A stretch of 64,000 nt of DNA, from positions 7,440,001 to 7,504,000 of the forward strand of contig NC_043014.1 of NCBI RefSeq assembly GCF_006345805.1, written 5' to 3'. The first letter of the stretch is position 1. Each line of letters starts with the position of its first letter. This document shows positions 1-13,450 of this stretch, piece after piece. A program made the position numbers and the translations under genes. Source of the stretch: Octopus sinensis. Its lineage: Eukaryota. Under the pieces are notes generated by a model, which searched no databases, was not told the DNA's origin, and was given only the letters and a program-made list of their open reading frames with translations.

Positions 1-159
1 GCTGGTGTGTTTATGTCCCCGTCACTTAGCGGTTCGGCAAAAGAGACCGATAGAATAAGTACTGGGCTTACAAAGAATAAGTCCCGGGGTTGATTTGCTC
101 GACTAAAGGCGGTGCTCCAGTATGGCCACAGTCAAATGACTGAAACAAATAAAAGAGTA

Positions 160-202
<43 letters not shown>

Positions 203-270
203 GTCCCAGGGTCGACTAAAGGCGGTGCTCCAGCATGGCCACAGTCAAATGACTGAAGCAAATAAAAGAG

Positions 271-303
<33 letters not shown>

Positions 304-1027
304 ATAATAATAAGTCCCGGGGTCAACTAAACGCGGTGCTCCAGCATGGCTGCAGTCAAATGACTGAAACAAGTAAAAGAGTACATGTGCTGTGCTGTGC
401 TCTTCCCCACCCCCCATGGCCACCCCGCCACTCGTTGGCCCACTTTGCTTCGAAAATCTCATGTGCCTCAATATTGGTTTAGAACGATGGCAGAGCAATA
501 CATAACGTCCCTTCTTCCACTCACCCACCGACCCCCATCCCGATCTGGAAACGAGAAGACACAGAAGATCAATAAGTCGGTCAGTTTGCTGGTCAGCTAT
601 TTTAGTCCACCCCTGTGTTTGTAGTAAGTTGTCTGGCGAGTTGGGCTGGTGATGGTGTTTGGTTCATTAGTATCGAATAATGATCATTTTGCAGGCACCA
701 CTGAAATAAGCTGTAGAGAAAGTGCAGTGATATACGTGTGTGTGTGTGTGTGTGTGTGCAGATTTACGAATGAGTGATTTTATATTCTTTTATTCTGTTA
801 TCCATTTTAGTCATTTGACTGTTGATATATATATATATCTTCAGTTTTTTTATATGCTAGACCAATGGTGTGAAATTGGTGTTAATTAAATCAATATCAA
901 ATTTCACACCCTCATTTTAAATTTATATATATGTATATATATATATATATATACACGCATATATGTATATGTATGTATATATGTGTGTGTATGTGTTTGC
1001 GTATATATATTTCTGTGTGTGCGTGTG

Positions 1028-1063
<36 letters not shown>

Positions 1064-1144
1064 GAGTACAGGACACCACAAATAAACGTAGAACACAACA
1101 AGAAACGAAAACATAAAATCAAACAAGGAAACGGACTTTTTTTC

Positions 1145-2790
1145 ATCATCATCATCATCATCATTTAGCGTCTGTTTTCCATGCTAGCATGGGTTGGACG
1201 GTTCACCTGGGGTCTGTGAAGCTGGAAGGCTTCATCAGGCCCAGTCAGACCTGGCAGTGTTTCTACGGCTGGATGTCCTTCCTAACGCCAACCACTCCGT
1301 GAGTGTAGTGGGTGCTTTTTACGTGCCACCCGCACAGGTGCTAGACAGAGCTGGCAAACGGCCATGAACGGATGGTGCTTTTACATGTCACCGGCACGGG
1401 GGCCAGGCGAGGCTGGCAACGGACACGAACGGATGGTGCTTTTACGTGCCACCAACACGGGGGCCAGACGCGAGGCTGGCAATGGACACGAACGGATGGT
1501 ACTTTTATGTGCCACCAACACGGGGGCCAGACAGAGCTGGCAAACGGCCACGAAACAGATGGTGTTTTACGTGTCTCCGGCAAGGGGGGCCAGGGAGGCT
1601 GGCAAGGACACGAACGGATGGTGCTTTTACATGCCACCGACACGGGGGCCAGACAGGGCTGGCAAATGGCACGAACGGATGGTGCTTTTACGTGTCACCG
1701 GCACGGGGGCCAGACAGAGCTGGCAAATGGCCACGAACGGATGGTGCTTTTACGTGTCACTGGCACGGGGGCCAGGCGAGGCTGGCAACGAACACGAACG
1801 GATGGTGCTTTTACGTGCCACCGACACGGGCCAGAACAGGGCTGGCAAAGGCCACGAACGGATGGTGCTTTTGTGTCACCTGCACGGGGGGCCAGGCAAG
1901 GCTGGCAACGGACACGAACGGATGGTGCTTTTACGTGCCACCGACACGGAGGCTAGACGGGGCGGCGCCGGCAACGACCACGATTGGATGGTTCGCTTAA
2001 CCACAGCTGCAATTTCCACTGATGTTGATCGACCTCAATTTGGTTCTGCTTTCTGATATATGAATTGATTTGGTTTGATTTTGATTTTGACTGTTTCCAC
2101 TGGTCTTGCCAGGTTTTCTCACGCACAGCATACTTCCAAAGGTCTCGGTCTCGGTCATTTCCTTGGTGAGACCTAAAGTTCGAAGGTCATGCTTCACCAC
2201 CTCGACCCAGTTTTCCTGGTCTACCTCTTCCACAGGTCCCCTCAACTGCCAGGGTGTGGCCACTTCGCACACAGCTATCTTCAGCCATTCTCATCACATG
2301 ACCATACCAGCGCAAACGTCTCTCTTCACACAACAAATGATGCTTCTTAGTTCAACTTTTCTCTCAAGATACTTACACTCTGTCGATTATGAACACTGAC
2401 GTACAATCCATCGGAGCATACTAGCTTCATTTCTTGCGAGCTTACGCAAATCCTCAGCAGTCACAGCCCAAGTTCACTACCATGTAGCATGGCTGTACGT
2501 ACACATGCATCATACAGTCTGCCTTTACTTTGAGCGAGAGGCCTTTTTGCACACCAGCAGGGTAAGAGCTCTCTAAACTTTGCCCAGGCTATTCTTACTC
2601 TAGCAGTTACACTTTCAGCACAACCGCCCCCGCTACTGACTTGGTCACCTAGGTAACGGAAACTATCAACTACTTCTAGTTTTTCTCCCTGGAAAGTGAC
2701 GGAAGTTGGTCTCAACGCAAAAACAGAGTACAAGACAAACAATACAAGGAATATTCCCCTTCATCAGCTGCCCCTGGTCTGACTCAATAT
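1145..2790 (-). mobile_element. 5'-truncated RTE-clade LINE (ORF2 C-terminus, 3' UTR with ~60-bp tandem repeats, (GAT)n tail)
   Basis: FQGEKLEVVDSFRYLGDQVSSGGGCAESVTARVRIAWAKFRELLP is typical of RTE ORF2. About 10 tandem units at 1340-1980; (CAT)n at 1143-1163. Confidence 0.8.
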
Positions 2791-3009
2791 ACATACATAT
2801 GAAATTTAAAATTAATCAAAGGACATACTAAGTATGTCTACCTGCTTGAAATAGCAGTCAAAACTCTTATTAAATCGTCAAAAATACACTGATGAAAACT
2901 ACAGAAATCAAACGAAGGCAAAAATCAGGTTAAGACAATCTACTAACATACATTTAAGTATTTGGACTCACGCAGACCGATTTAATAAGAGTTTTGACTG
3001 TTATTTCAA

Positions 3010-3352
3010 GCAGGAGTGGCTGTGTGGTAAGTAGCTTGCTAAACAACCACATGGTTCCGGGTTCAGTCCCACTGCGTGGCATCTTGGGCAAGTGTCTTCT
3101 GCTATAGCCCCGGGCAGACCAATGCCTTGTGAGTGTATTTGGTAGACGGAAACTGAAAGAAGCCCATCGTATATATGTGTGTGTGTGTGTGTGTGTTTGT
3201 TTGTCCCCCCACCATCGCTTGACAACCGATGCTGGTGTGTTTGTGTCCCTGTAACTTAGTGGTTCGGCAAAAGAGACATCGATGGAATATGTACCAGGCT
3301 TACAAAGAATAAGTCCCGGGGTTGATTTGTTCGACTAAAGGCGGTGCTCCAG
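3010..3352 (+). mobile_element. tRNA/CORE-like SINE family A (internal (TA)n(TG)n)
   Basis: Head gcaggagtggctgtgtggtaag...ggttcagtccc, CORE-like cttgggcaagtgtcttct, tail ggcggtgctccag. Confidence 0.8.
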
Positions 3353-3462
3353 ATAAATAGATACATACATACACACACACACACACATACATACACACAC
3401 ACATACATACATACACAGACAGATAGATAGGTAACCAGACATAGATAGGTAGATAAATAGGT

Positions 3463-3500
<38 letters not shown>

Positions 3501-3789
3501 GTTTATCAATTTGTTTTGCAAGAGAATGGCGTTAGTGGAGCAAGAACACACACAGAAATGAAAAGTGTCGCCGAAGAGGTCACACAGGTGTGTGATGAAA
3601 GATTTCTGGACAATGGACAAGTGTTAAAATAATAAAAGAACAGCAATAAACAAGTGAAGGAGAAAAGGAACATAGTGAATGGGATTATTTGGCAAAAATA
3701 AAGAAAATAAATAATAAATAAATAACCATCCTGAAATACAATATATATGTATGGGACACATAACTCTACTTGTGAAGACCTGTTGAGGC

Positions 3790-4285
3790 AAGTGGAAATC
3801 GAAATCGATCAACATCAATGGAAATTGCAGCTGTGATACCAGAGCCGGTGGCACGTAAGAGAACCATTCGAACGTGGCCGTAGCCAGCGTCGCATCGACT
3901 GGCCTCCGTACCGGTGGCATGTCACAAACACCATCCGATCGTGGCCATTGCCAGCCTCGCCTGGCCTCCGAGCCGGTGGCACGTAAAAATCACCATCCGA
4001 TCGTGGCCGTTTGCCAGCCTTGCCTGGCCTCCGAGCCGGTGGCAGGTAAAAAGCACCATCCAAGCGTGGCCATTTGCCAGCGTCGTCTGGCACCTGTGTC
4101 GGTGGCACATAAAAAGTACCCATTACACTCATGGAGTGGTTGGTGTTAGGAAGGGCATCCAGCCGTAGAAACACTGCCAGATCAGACTGGGCCTGGTGCA
4201 GCCTTCTGGCTTCACAGACCCCAGTTGAACCGTCCAACCCATGCCAGCATGGAAAGCGGACGTTAGACGATGATGATGATGATGA
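3790..4285 (+). mobile_element. RTE-type 3' end with internal ~60-bp repeats
   Basis: Same tail (gggcatccagccgtagaaac...ccaacccatgccagcatggaaagcggacgtta(gat)n) as the element at 1145-2790. Further copies at about 6300-7140(-), 34990-35415(+), 36197-36477(+) and 60100-60830(+). Confidence 0.75.
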
Positions 4286-4293
4286 TATATATG

Positions 4294-4585
4294 CAGTGGT
4301 GGACTGGCCAGGTTGCAAGTTTGTCCGATGGCAAGTGGGCCCCTGCACCATTAGAATCCATATATATGGGGGCTCGTGTTTGCATCTAAGGTGCCCATCC
4401 CCCCAAGTTTGAGAATATTTTATTCACTCCTGGAAGAATGCATCAATTATTTCAGCCTGGCTGTGTTTGTAGACAGTCGAAAAGAATACTTTTAACAAAA
4501 AAATAAATAAATGATAGCTTTATAGTTGTGGGTGGGCCCCTCTAGTCTCCTGGCAACCAATATTTTTAGACCCAGTCTGCCACTG
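4294..4585. mobile_element. hAT-type MITE (292 bp)
   Basis: Imperfect TIRs CAGTGGTGGACTGG / CCAGTCTGCCACTG; 8-bp TSD tatatatg at 4286-4293 and 4586-4593. Confidence 0.7.
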
Positions 4586-4615
4586 TATATATGTATATGT
4601 ATATATGCATAGGTC

Positions 4616-4648
<33 letters not shown>

Positions 4649-4782
4649 ATGTATATGAATATATGTACACATATATGCATGTGTGTATACATACATATGC
4701 ATGTGTGTGTATTCATATGTATATACACACACACACACACATATATATATACACATATATATATAATATACAATATATAATA

Positions 4783-4829
<47 letters not shown>

Positions 4830-4878
4830 AACATATATATATATATATCATACATATATATATATATATATATATAAC

Positions 4879-4917
<39 letters not shown>

Positions 4918-5039
4918 ATATATACATATATATATTATATATACATATATATACATATATATATAACTATATTACATTATATATATATATACATACATAT
5001 ATATATATCATATATACCATACATATATATTATATATAC

Positions 5040-5072
<33 letters not shown>

Positions 5073-5208
5073 CATACATATATATAGTACATATATATAT
5101 ATAACATACATATATAATATACATATATATATATACACACACAATATATATACACATACATATATATATGCATATATATATACATATATATACATATATC
5201 TATATATA

Positions 5209-5269
<61 letters not shown>

Positions 5270-5727
5270 TACGTACATACACACAGACACACACACATAC
5301 GCAGGAGGAGAGTAAGAGAAATAGATAGTTGCATTATTTGAGAAAGCAGAGTATCTGAGCCGTTGATAATGACTCAATTATTATTGAAAAATGTAGATGA
5401 CGAACGTTGCTAATGAGAGAACGAGGAGGTAAATTAAAATACCGAATTAACAGGAAATAAAGACAATCATAGTATTCACACCCCAAATATTATACGGCAG
5501 TGTGTGTCTGCATTCGAATGCGTGTGTGTCAGTGTGTCCATTTTTGTAGGCATGTTTGGTGTAGGGGGGTGTTTGAAATGAGAACAGGTTTTCTTTGCAA
5601 TGTAATTATCCCAAATGGAATAGAAAATCTTTCAAATTCTCTTGTTGTATTACAATCGCTTGCGACGTAGCTATGTATGTGTGTGAGGGGCCACGTAATA
5701 GAAAGGCACCAGTGCTGGTGCCCTCTC

Positions 5728-5924
5728 TCTTTTACTCTTTAACTTGTTTCAGTCATTTGACTGCGGCCATGCTGGAGCACCGCCTTTAGTCGAGCAAATC
5801 GTCCCCGGGACTTATTCTTTGTAAGCCCAGTACTTAGTCTATCGGTCTCTTTTGCCGAATTGTTAAGTGACGGCGACGTAGACACACTAAGGGGGACAAA
5901 CACAACACACAAACATACACACAG

Positions 5925-5973
<49 letters not shown>

Positions 5974-6133
5974 TCGACGGGCTTCTTTCAGTTTTCCATC
6001 TTCCAAATCCACTCACAAGGCTTTGGTTAGCCCGAGGCTATAGTAGAAGACACTTGCCCAAGGTGCTACTCAGTGGGACTGAACCCGGAATCATGTGGTT
6101 GGTAAGCAAGCTACTTACCACACAGCCACTCCT
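5728..6133 (-). mobile_element. SINE family A
   Basis: Same head, microsatellite and tail in reverse. Confidence 0.8.
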
Positions 6134-6299
6134 ACGTATAAAGCACTCAATACATTCTTTAAAGTGGTTGGCATTAGGAAGGGCATCCAGCTGTAGAAAC
6201 CATATCGAAACACACGATTGGAGCCCAGTGGAGATCTCTGGCTTACCAGTGCCTGTCAAACTGTCCAACCCATGCCAGCATGGAAAAACGAGCATCATC

Positions 6300-7140
6300 G
6301 TTTAACGTCCGTTTTCCATGCTGGCATTGGTTGGATGGTTTGACAGAAGGCTGCACCAGGCTCCAATCTGATCTGGCAATGTTTCTACAGCTGGATACCC
6401 TTCTTAACACCAACCACTCCGAGAGTGTAGTGGGTGCCTTTTATGTGCCACCGGCGCTGGGGCCAGTCAGGCGGCACTTGCATCAGCCACATTCAGATGT
6501 TGCCTTTTATGTGCTACCGGCACAGGAGCCAGTCAGGGTGGTGGGGCTGGCATCGACCATGTTCAGATGGTGCTTTTTATGTGCCACCAGCACGGGAAGC
6601 CAGTCAGGTGGCACTGGCATCAGCCACATTCAGATGTTGCCTTTTATTTGCTCCCAGCACAGGAGCCAGTCAGGGTGGCGAGGCTGGTCCTGATCATGTT
6701 CAGATGGTGCTTTTTATGTGCCACCAGCACGGGGAGCCAGTCAGGCGACACTGGCAATGGCCCACATTCAGATGTTGCCTTTTATGTGCTCCCAGCGCAG
6801 GAGCCAGTCAGGGTGGCAAGGCTGGAATCGACCATGTTCAGATGGTGCTTTTTATGTGCCACCAGCACGAGGAGCCAGTCAGGCGACACTGGCAATGAGT
6901 CACATTCAGATGTTGCCTTTTATGTGCTCCCAGAACAGGAGCCAGTCAGGGTGGTGGGGCTGGCATCGACCGTGTTCAGATGGTGCTTTTTACGTGCCAC
7001 CAGCACGGGGAGCCAGTCAGGCAACAATGGCAATGACCCACATATGAATGGTGCTTATTGTGTGCCACCATCATGGGAACCAGTTAGGCGGCACTGGCAT
7101 CAACCACAACTACAATTTCCATTTGATTTTGATTTACTTG
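6300..7140 (-). mobile_element. RTE-type 3' end with higher-order ~138-bp tandem repeat
   Basis: cacattcagatgttgcc recurs at 6488, 6625, 6763 and 6901; RTE-type tail at 6300-6430. Confidence 0.7.
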
Positions 7141-7241
7141 ACCCAATAGGTCTCCTCAAGCGCGACATATCGTCCGAAGATCCAGTATGTATGTGTGTGT
7201 GTATATATTTTTGTGTTAGTGTTCACGTGTTAGTATTTGTG

Positions 7242-7838
7242 GGTGAGCTGGCAGAAGCATTAGCACACCGGGCGAAATGCTTAGCAGTATTTCGTCTGCC
7301 GTTATGTTCTGAGTTCGAATTCCGCTGAGGTCGACTTTGCCTTTCATCCTTTCGGGGGCGATAAATTAAGTACCAGTTACGCACTGGGGTCGATATAATC
7401 GGTTTAATCCGTTTGTCTCTCCTTGTTTGGCCCCTCTGTGTTTAGCCCCTTGTGGGTAGTAAAGAAATAGGTATTTCGTCTGCCGCTACGTTCTGAGTTC
7501 AAATTCCACCGAGGTTGACTTTGTCTTTCATCCTTTCGGGGTCGATAAATTAAGTACCAGTTACGCACTGGGGTCGATGTAATCGACTTAATCCCTTTGT
7601 CCTTGTTTGGCCCCTCTGTGTTTAGCCCCTTGTGGGTAGTAAAGAAATAGGTATTTCGTCTGCCGCTACGTTCTGAGTTCAAATTCCGCCGAGGTCGACT
7701 TTGCCTTTCATCCTTTCGGGGTCGATTAAATAAGTACCAGTTACGCACTGGGGCCGATATAATCGACTTAATCCGTTTGTCTGTCCTTGTTTGTCCCCTC
7801 TGTGTTTAGCCCCTTGTGGGTAGTAAACAAATAGGTAT
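7242..7838 (+). mobile_element. tRNA SINE family B (Meta-domain-like), 3-unit tandem array
   Basis: Head ggcgagctggcagaa.cgttagc; B box gagttcaaattcc; body ccgaggtcgactttgcctttcatcctttcggggtcgataaattaagtacc resembles the MetaSINE domain (from memory). Units of about 180 bp. Confidence 0.75.
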
Positions 7839-8037
7839 TTTCTCACCCTCCCTTCTTCTTTCACTTTATTTCTTCTCCTTTCCTCCTACCTCAAATGTTT
7901 AAGTGTCACAAAAAAAATTTAAAAAAAAGAAAAGTATATACAGATATCCGTAACTTGTTATATCTCCCTCTACTCCTCACCCTTTTTGAATCTCTTTCCT
8001 CATCACCTGACGTTTCTTTTATTTTTTTATTTTGCAG

Positions 8038-8133
8038 AAAATGAAAGCATACAACTTCATCAGTCGGTTGGCGTCTCTCACAGATCACATTCCCGTTGCA
8101 ATGACAGTCCAAATTTCGACCAATTCATCTTGA
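8038..8133 (+). CDS. SMPD3: Terminal coding exon of neutral sphingomyelinase 2 (SMPD3-like)
   Basis: Pyrimidine-rich acceptor (tttatttttttattttgcag|) then KMKAYNFISRLASLTDHIPVAMTVQISTNSS*. This matches the recalled vertebrate SMPD3 C-terminus (EEFSFITQLSGLTDHLPVAMRL), including the catalytic TDH motif. Upstream exons were not found in 1-8037. Confidence 0.85.
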   Translation, partial: KMKAYNFISRLASLTDHIPVAMTVQISTNSS

Positions 8134-8214
8134 TTCCTCTATAGAACAAGCCTCCTTTATTTTCTGAGGACTTCATATATTTATTTTATTTATTTGGTTT
8201 TGATATTTTATATG

Positions 8215-8254
<40 letters not shown>

Positions 8255-8584
8255 TATATATATATATACACATAAAGGGTGAAATATAATTATTTAATAA
8301 AATTAATAAATTTCACCTTGTAGTTTTTTTCGGTATGGAAATGACCATTTTTGGTAAGAATTATATAATTATAATAAGGGTTAATTGCAACAAGTTGCTC
8401 AAACACAATACCGAAAATATTAGAAATAGCAGCCAATAGGTCACTATTTCTACTGCTAGTAAAAAGTTTTGAGCAACTTGTTGCAATTAACCTTTATTAT
8501 AATTAATTTATTATATATATTTATATATATATATAATATATATATATAATATATATATAATATATACTATATATATAATATATG

Positions 8585-8654
<70 letters not shown>

Positions 8655-8714
8655 TTATAAATATATATATATAATAAATATATATAATATATATATATAT
8701 AAGAATATAAATAT

Positions 8715-8772
<58 letters not shown>

Positions 8773-9241
8773 ATTTGTTTTGCCTTTTTTTTTAATGTAA
8801 CATTCTTCTGTTGTTTGCTGTTGTTTGTTGTTTTTGTTGTCGTCATCGACGATCACATTCCCGGTGAGCACTGTAGCTGTAAGAGGGGAGGTGGCGCTGT
8901 AGTCGCTCTCTGTGGCAAAAACCATCTTTGCTGAAATGCTGGGTTGTAATTATTAATCCGAGACCTTGACCTTACTTGCTTCACACTACCCGTCAACAGG
9001 TAGGTTGACACACAAACATTCTGACTTCTATTCCCCACCACCACCACCACTACTAATGTCTCCACCATGGTATTCCCACCCCACCCCACCCAACCTCCGA
9101 TTCTGCTTAACCAATCTCTGATGTCAAATTGGGCCACATACCTTTGATTGAAAAAATGTCAAGATCAGTTAAACTCTGGAAGACAAGAAAAGCGCAATAC
9201 TGCTAAAAATTTGTATGTTGTGTGTGATGACAGTGTGTAAA

Positions 9242-9273
<32 letters not shown>

Positions 9274-9304
9274 CACACACTCACACACACACATATAACA
9301 TGTA

Positions 9305-9734
9305 TACTCTTTACTCTCGCTTTTACTCTTTTACTTGTTTCAGTCATTTGGCTGTGGCCATGCTGGAGCATCACCTTTAGTCGAATCAAATCAACCCCAG
9401 GACTTATTCTTTGGAAGCCTAGTACTTATTGTATCGGTCTCTCTTTTGCCGAACTGCTAAGTTACGGGGACGCAAACACACCGGCATCGGTTGTCAAGCG
9501 ATTTTGGGGGACAAACAAAGACACACAAACATATACACACACACACAAACATATACACACACACACACACACATATATTATATATATATACATATATATG
9601 ATGGGCTTCTTTCAGTTTCTGTCTACCAAATCCACTCACAAAGCTTTGGTCGGCCCGAGGCTCACGCAGTGGGAATGAACCCGGAACCATGTGGTTGGTT
9701 AGCAAGCTACTTGCCACACAGCCACTCCTGCGCC
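9305..9734 (-). mobile_element. SINE family A (internal deletion)
   Basis: Family A tail and head in reverse. Confidence 0.75.
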
Positions 9735-9785
9735 TCTGTGCACACACACGCACACATGTATAATATGCACATATGTATATATGGA

Positions 9786-10165
9786 AGCACTCCGTCAGTT
9801 ACGACGACGAGGATTCCAGTTGATCTGATCAATGGAACAGCCTGCTCGTGAAATTAACGTGTAAGTGGCTGAGCACTCCACAGACACGTGCACCCTTAAC
9901 GTAGTTCTCGGGGATATTCAGCGTGACACAGAGAGTGACAAGGCCGGCCCTTTGAAATACAGGTACAACAGAAACAGGAAGTAAGAGTGAGAGAAAGTTG
10001 TGGTGAAAGAGTACAGCAGGGATCACCACCATCCCCTGCTGGAGCCTCGTGGAGCTTTTAGGTGTTGTTGCTCAATAAACACTCACAACGCCCAGTCTGG
10101 GAATCGAAACCGCGATCCTACAACTGCGAGTCTGCTGCCCTAACCACTGGGCCATTGCGCCTCCA
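9786..10165 (-). mobile_element. tRNA SINE family C
   Basis: Reverse copy of 21145-21528. Confidence 0.8.
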
Positions 10166-10370
10166 CATATATATATATATATATGAAGCCTTTCTGGCTT
10201 CACAGACCCCATAGAACCGTCCAACCATGCTAGCATGAAAGCGGACGCTAAACGATATGATGATGATGATGATGATGTGATTGATATTATATACATATAT
10301 ATATATATACAATATATATATATATATACAATATGTATATATATATGTATATATATATATATATGTATAT

Positions 10371-10407
<37 letters not shown>

Positions 10408-10513
10408 GTATATATATAATGTATATATATATGTATATGTATATAATATATATGTATATATATACATGTATATATATAATTATATATATATATTATAATA
10501 TATATATATATAT

Positions 10514-10548
<35 letters not shown>

Positions 10549-10675
10549 CCAATGAAATATCCGAAGTATGCATTCTGGGATAGTTTTGTCAATTTAGCAT
10601 CAGCTGCAGTAGTTTGTGATTGTGATAGCATTATTTTTATTGACTTGCCAATCTATTGCACACACACACACACAC

Positions 10676-10709
<34 letters not shown>

Positions 10710-11449
10710 ACACACACACCACCCTGATCAGAGGCAAAATATGACCTTCTAGTATGTTAATTACCAGAATCCAACATGCTTTCACATTTTCTCTTTCTGT
10801 GACCATCCCATCTTTTGATAATTGCAAAGCAGTTATCGTTGGTATCCGATGATGGTATCCGATGATGGTATCCGATGATGACTTTCACAAACAGTTTTGT
10901 TTTTGTTTTTTTTTTTGTATTTCGTTTGTTGAAAATCAAAAAGCAAAAAAGAAAAAAGAAAGGTAAAAAAAATATAACTAACAAACCGACCAAAGCCTTG
11001 TGAGTGGATTTGGTAGACGGAAACTGAAAGAAGCCTGTCGTATATATGTATATATATATATATATATGCGTGTGTGTGTTTGTGTGTCTGTGTTTTTCTC
11101 CCCAACATCATTTGACAACCGATGCTGGTGTGTTTATGTCCCCGTTACTTAGCGGTTCAGCAAAAGAGACCGATAGAATAAGTACTGGGCTTACAAAAGA
11201 ATAAGTCCCGAGGTCGAGTTGCTCGATTAAAGGCGGTGCTCCAGCATGGCCGCAGTCAAATGACTGAAACAAGTAAAAGAGTAAAAGAGTAAGAGTAACA
11301 AACCAAGAAACTCCCTAAATCCAAAACTCAGAATTTCCTCTGTAATGCTGCTCCATCATCACTACCATCCCACCATGACCACCACTCCTAAACTGCTGTT
11401 AGATCAAAACCTGGAGTGAGTTTTTAATTGATATCATTATTCCTTTATT

Positions 11450-11905
11450 CTTTTAATTGTTTCAGTTATTTGGCTGCGGCCATGCTGGGGCACCGCCTTT
11501 AGTTGAGCAAATCAACCCCAGGACTTATTCTTTGGAAGCCCAGTACTTATTCTATCAGTCTCTTTTGCCAAACCACTAAGTTACAAGGACATGAACACAC
11601 CAGCATTGGTTGTACTTATTCCATCGGTCTCTTTTGCCGAACCGCTAAGTGACGGGGACATAAACACACCAGCATTGGTTGTCAAGCAATGCTAGGGGGA
11701 CAAACACAGACACACAAACACACACACACATATGTATATATACGACAGGCTTCTTTCAGTTTCCGTCTACCAAATCCACTCACAAGGCTATGGTCGGCCC
11801 GAGGCTATAGTAGAAGACACTTGCCCAAGGTGCCACGCAGTGAGACTGAACCCAGAACCATGTGGTTGGTAAGCAAGCTACTTACCACACAGCCACTCCT
11901 GCGCC
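11450..11905 (-). mobile_element. SINE family A (partly duplicated 3' half)
   Basis: Family A sequence; an oppositely oriented copy lies at 10985-11300. Confidence 0.75.
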
Positions 11906-12074
11906 TATATACAGAAAAGTATCATTTAGTGATCATTTTAATTATTATTTATTGATATTATATTTTTATTTATTATTTATTGATCATTCTACAGAAAAAA
12001 ATATAATTTATTTTTCACTGATTTACTAAGGAAAATATTTGATGTTAAAAAATTGGAATTTTCTTACACACACC

Positions 12075-12145
<71 letters not shown>

Positions 12146-12649
12146 ATTTACTCAAGAATTTATTGTTCTTCAACAACTTCAAAACATAATTGTTTGTATG
12201 TCAAAATAAGAAAAATCCTTAGAATTTGTCCGAGATTTTTTTTGACCATTGCGATTCTCTTGCAGGCTGAGCCACAGTAATTTAAGCTGCAAGAATTATG
12301 AACATTAGGCATTCATAGGGTTATAAACCCTTGTGGTTTCCATCGAATACTCTTTTGAAATTGGCAGGAATTTAATTGATTTTATTGTTGAGGAGATTTC
12401 AGTTGATATAATTTATAGCCATGCATAATACAAAAACAGGTGATTGTGTGTGTGTGTGTGTGTGAATGTATATATACATATGTATGCATATGTATGAATG
12501 TGTATATATATGTGTGTGTATAAATGTATATGTATGTGTGTGTGTGTGTTTATGCTTATATATATACAGATATGTATGTATACGTTGTATGTGTGTATCT
12601 ATATATATGTGTATATATATATATATAGATATATATATAGGTGTATATA

Positions 12650-12695
<46 letters not shown>

Positions 12696-13065
12696 CATTG
12701 TATGTATGTATATATAATATATGCATATGTATGTATATATAATATATTGCATATGTATATATGTATATATATATATATATGTATGTGTAGATATGTATGT
12801 GTATATATATGTATGTATATATATGTATGTGTATATATATGTATGTATATATATGTATGTGTATATATATGTGTGTATATATATATATATTTATGCATAT
12901 ATATATATATGTATGTATAGATGTGTGTGTGTGCGTGTGTATATATATATGTATAGATGTGTGTGTGTATATATATATATGGAGAGATATCATCATTGTT
13001 TAACTTCCACTTTCCATGCTGGCATGGGTTGGATGGTTTGACCGGAGCTGGCCAAAAATGACTTG

Positions 13066-13450
13066 TTTCTGTCATTTGACTGCGGCCATGCTGGAGCACC
13101 GCTATTAATCAAGCAACTCAACCCCGGGACTTATTCTTTTTTGTAAGCCCAGTACTTATTCTATTGGTCCCTTTTGCCGAACCGCTAAGTGACGGGGACA
13201 TAAACACACCAGCATCGGTTGTCAAGCAATGCTAGGGGGACAAACACAGACACAAACACACACGCACATACATATATATATATACATATATACGACAGGC
13301 TTCTTTCAGTTTCCGTCTACCAAATCCACTCATAAGGCTTTGGTTGGCCCGAGGCTATAGTAGAAGACACTTGCCCAAGGTGCCATGCAGTGGGACTGAA
13401 CCCGGAACCATGTGGTTGGTAAACAAGCTACTTACCACACAGCCACTCCT
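13066..13450 (-). mobile_element. SINE family A
   Basis: Full head-microsatellite-tail structure. Confidence 0.8.

Noticed and set aside
8845-9000. 13-bp match (gatcacattcccg) to the SMPD3 exon and a Cys-rich frame DDHIPGEHCSCKR...
   Set aside because: There is no AG acceptor upstream and no similarity beyond 13 bp; most likely 3' UTR coincidence.
12160-12287. Minus-strand frame ending TYKQLCFEVVEEQ*, resembling an SLC7 tail
   Set aside because: The available acceptor is in the wrong phase for the upstream exon, and the true last exon was found at 34352-34404.
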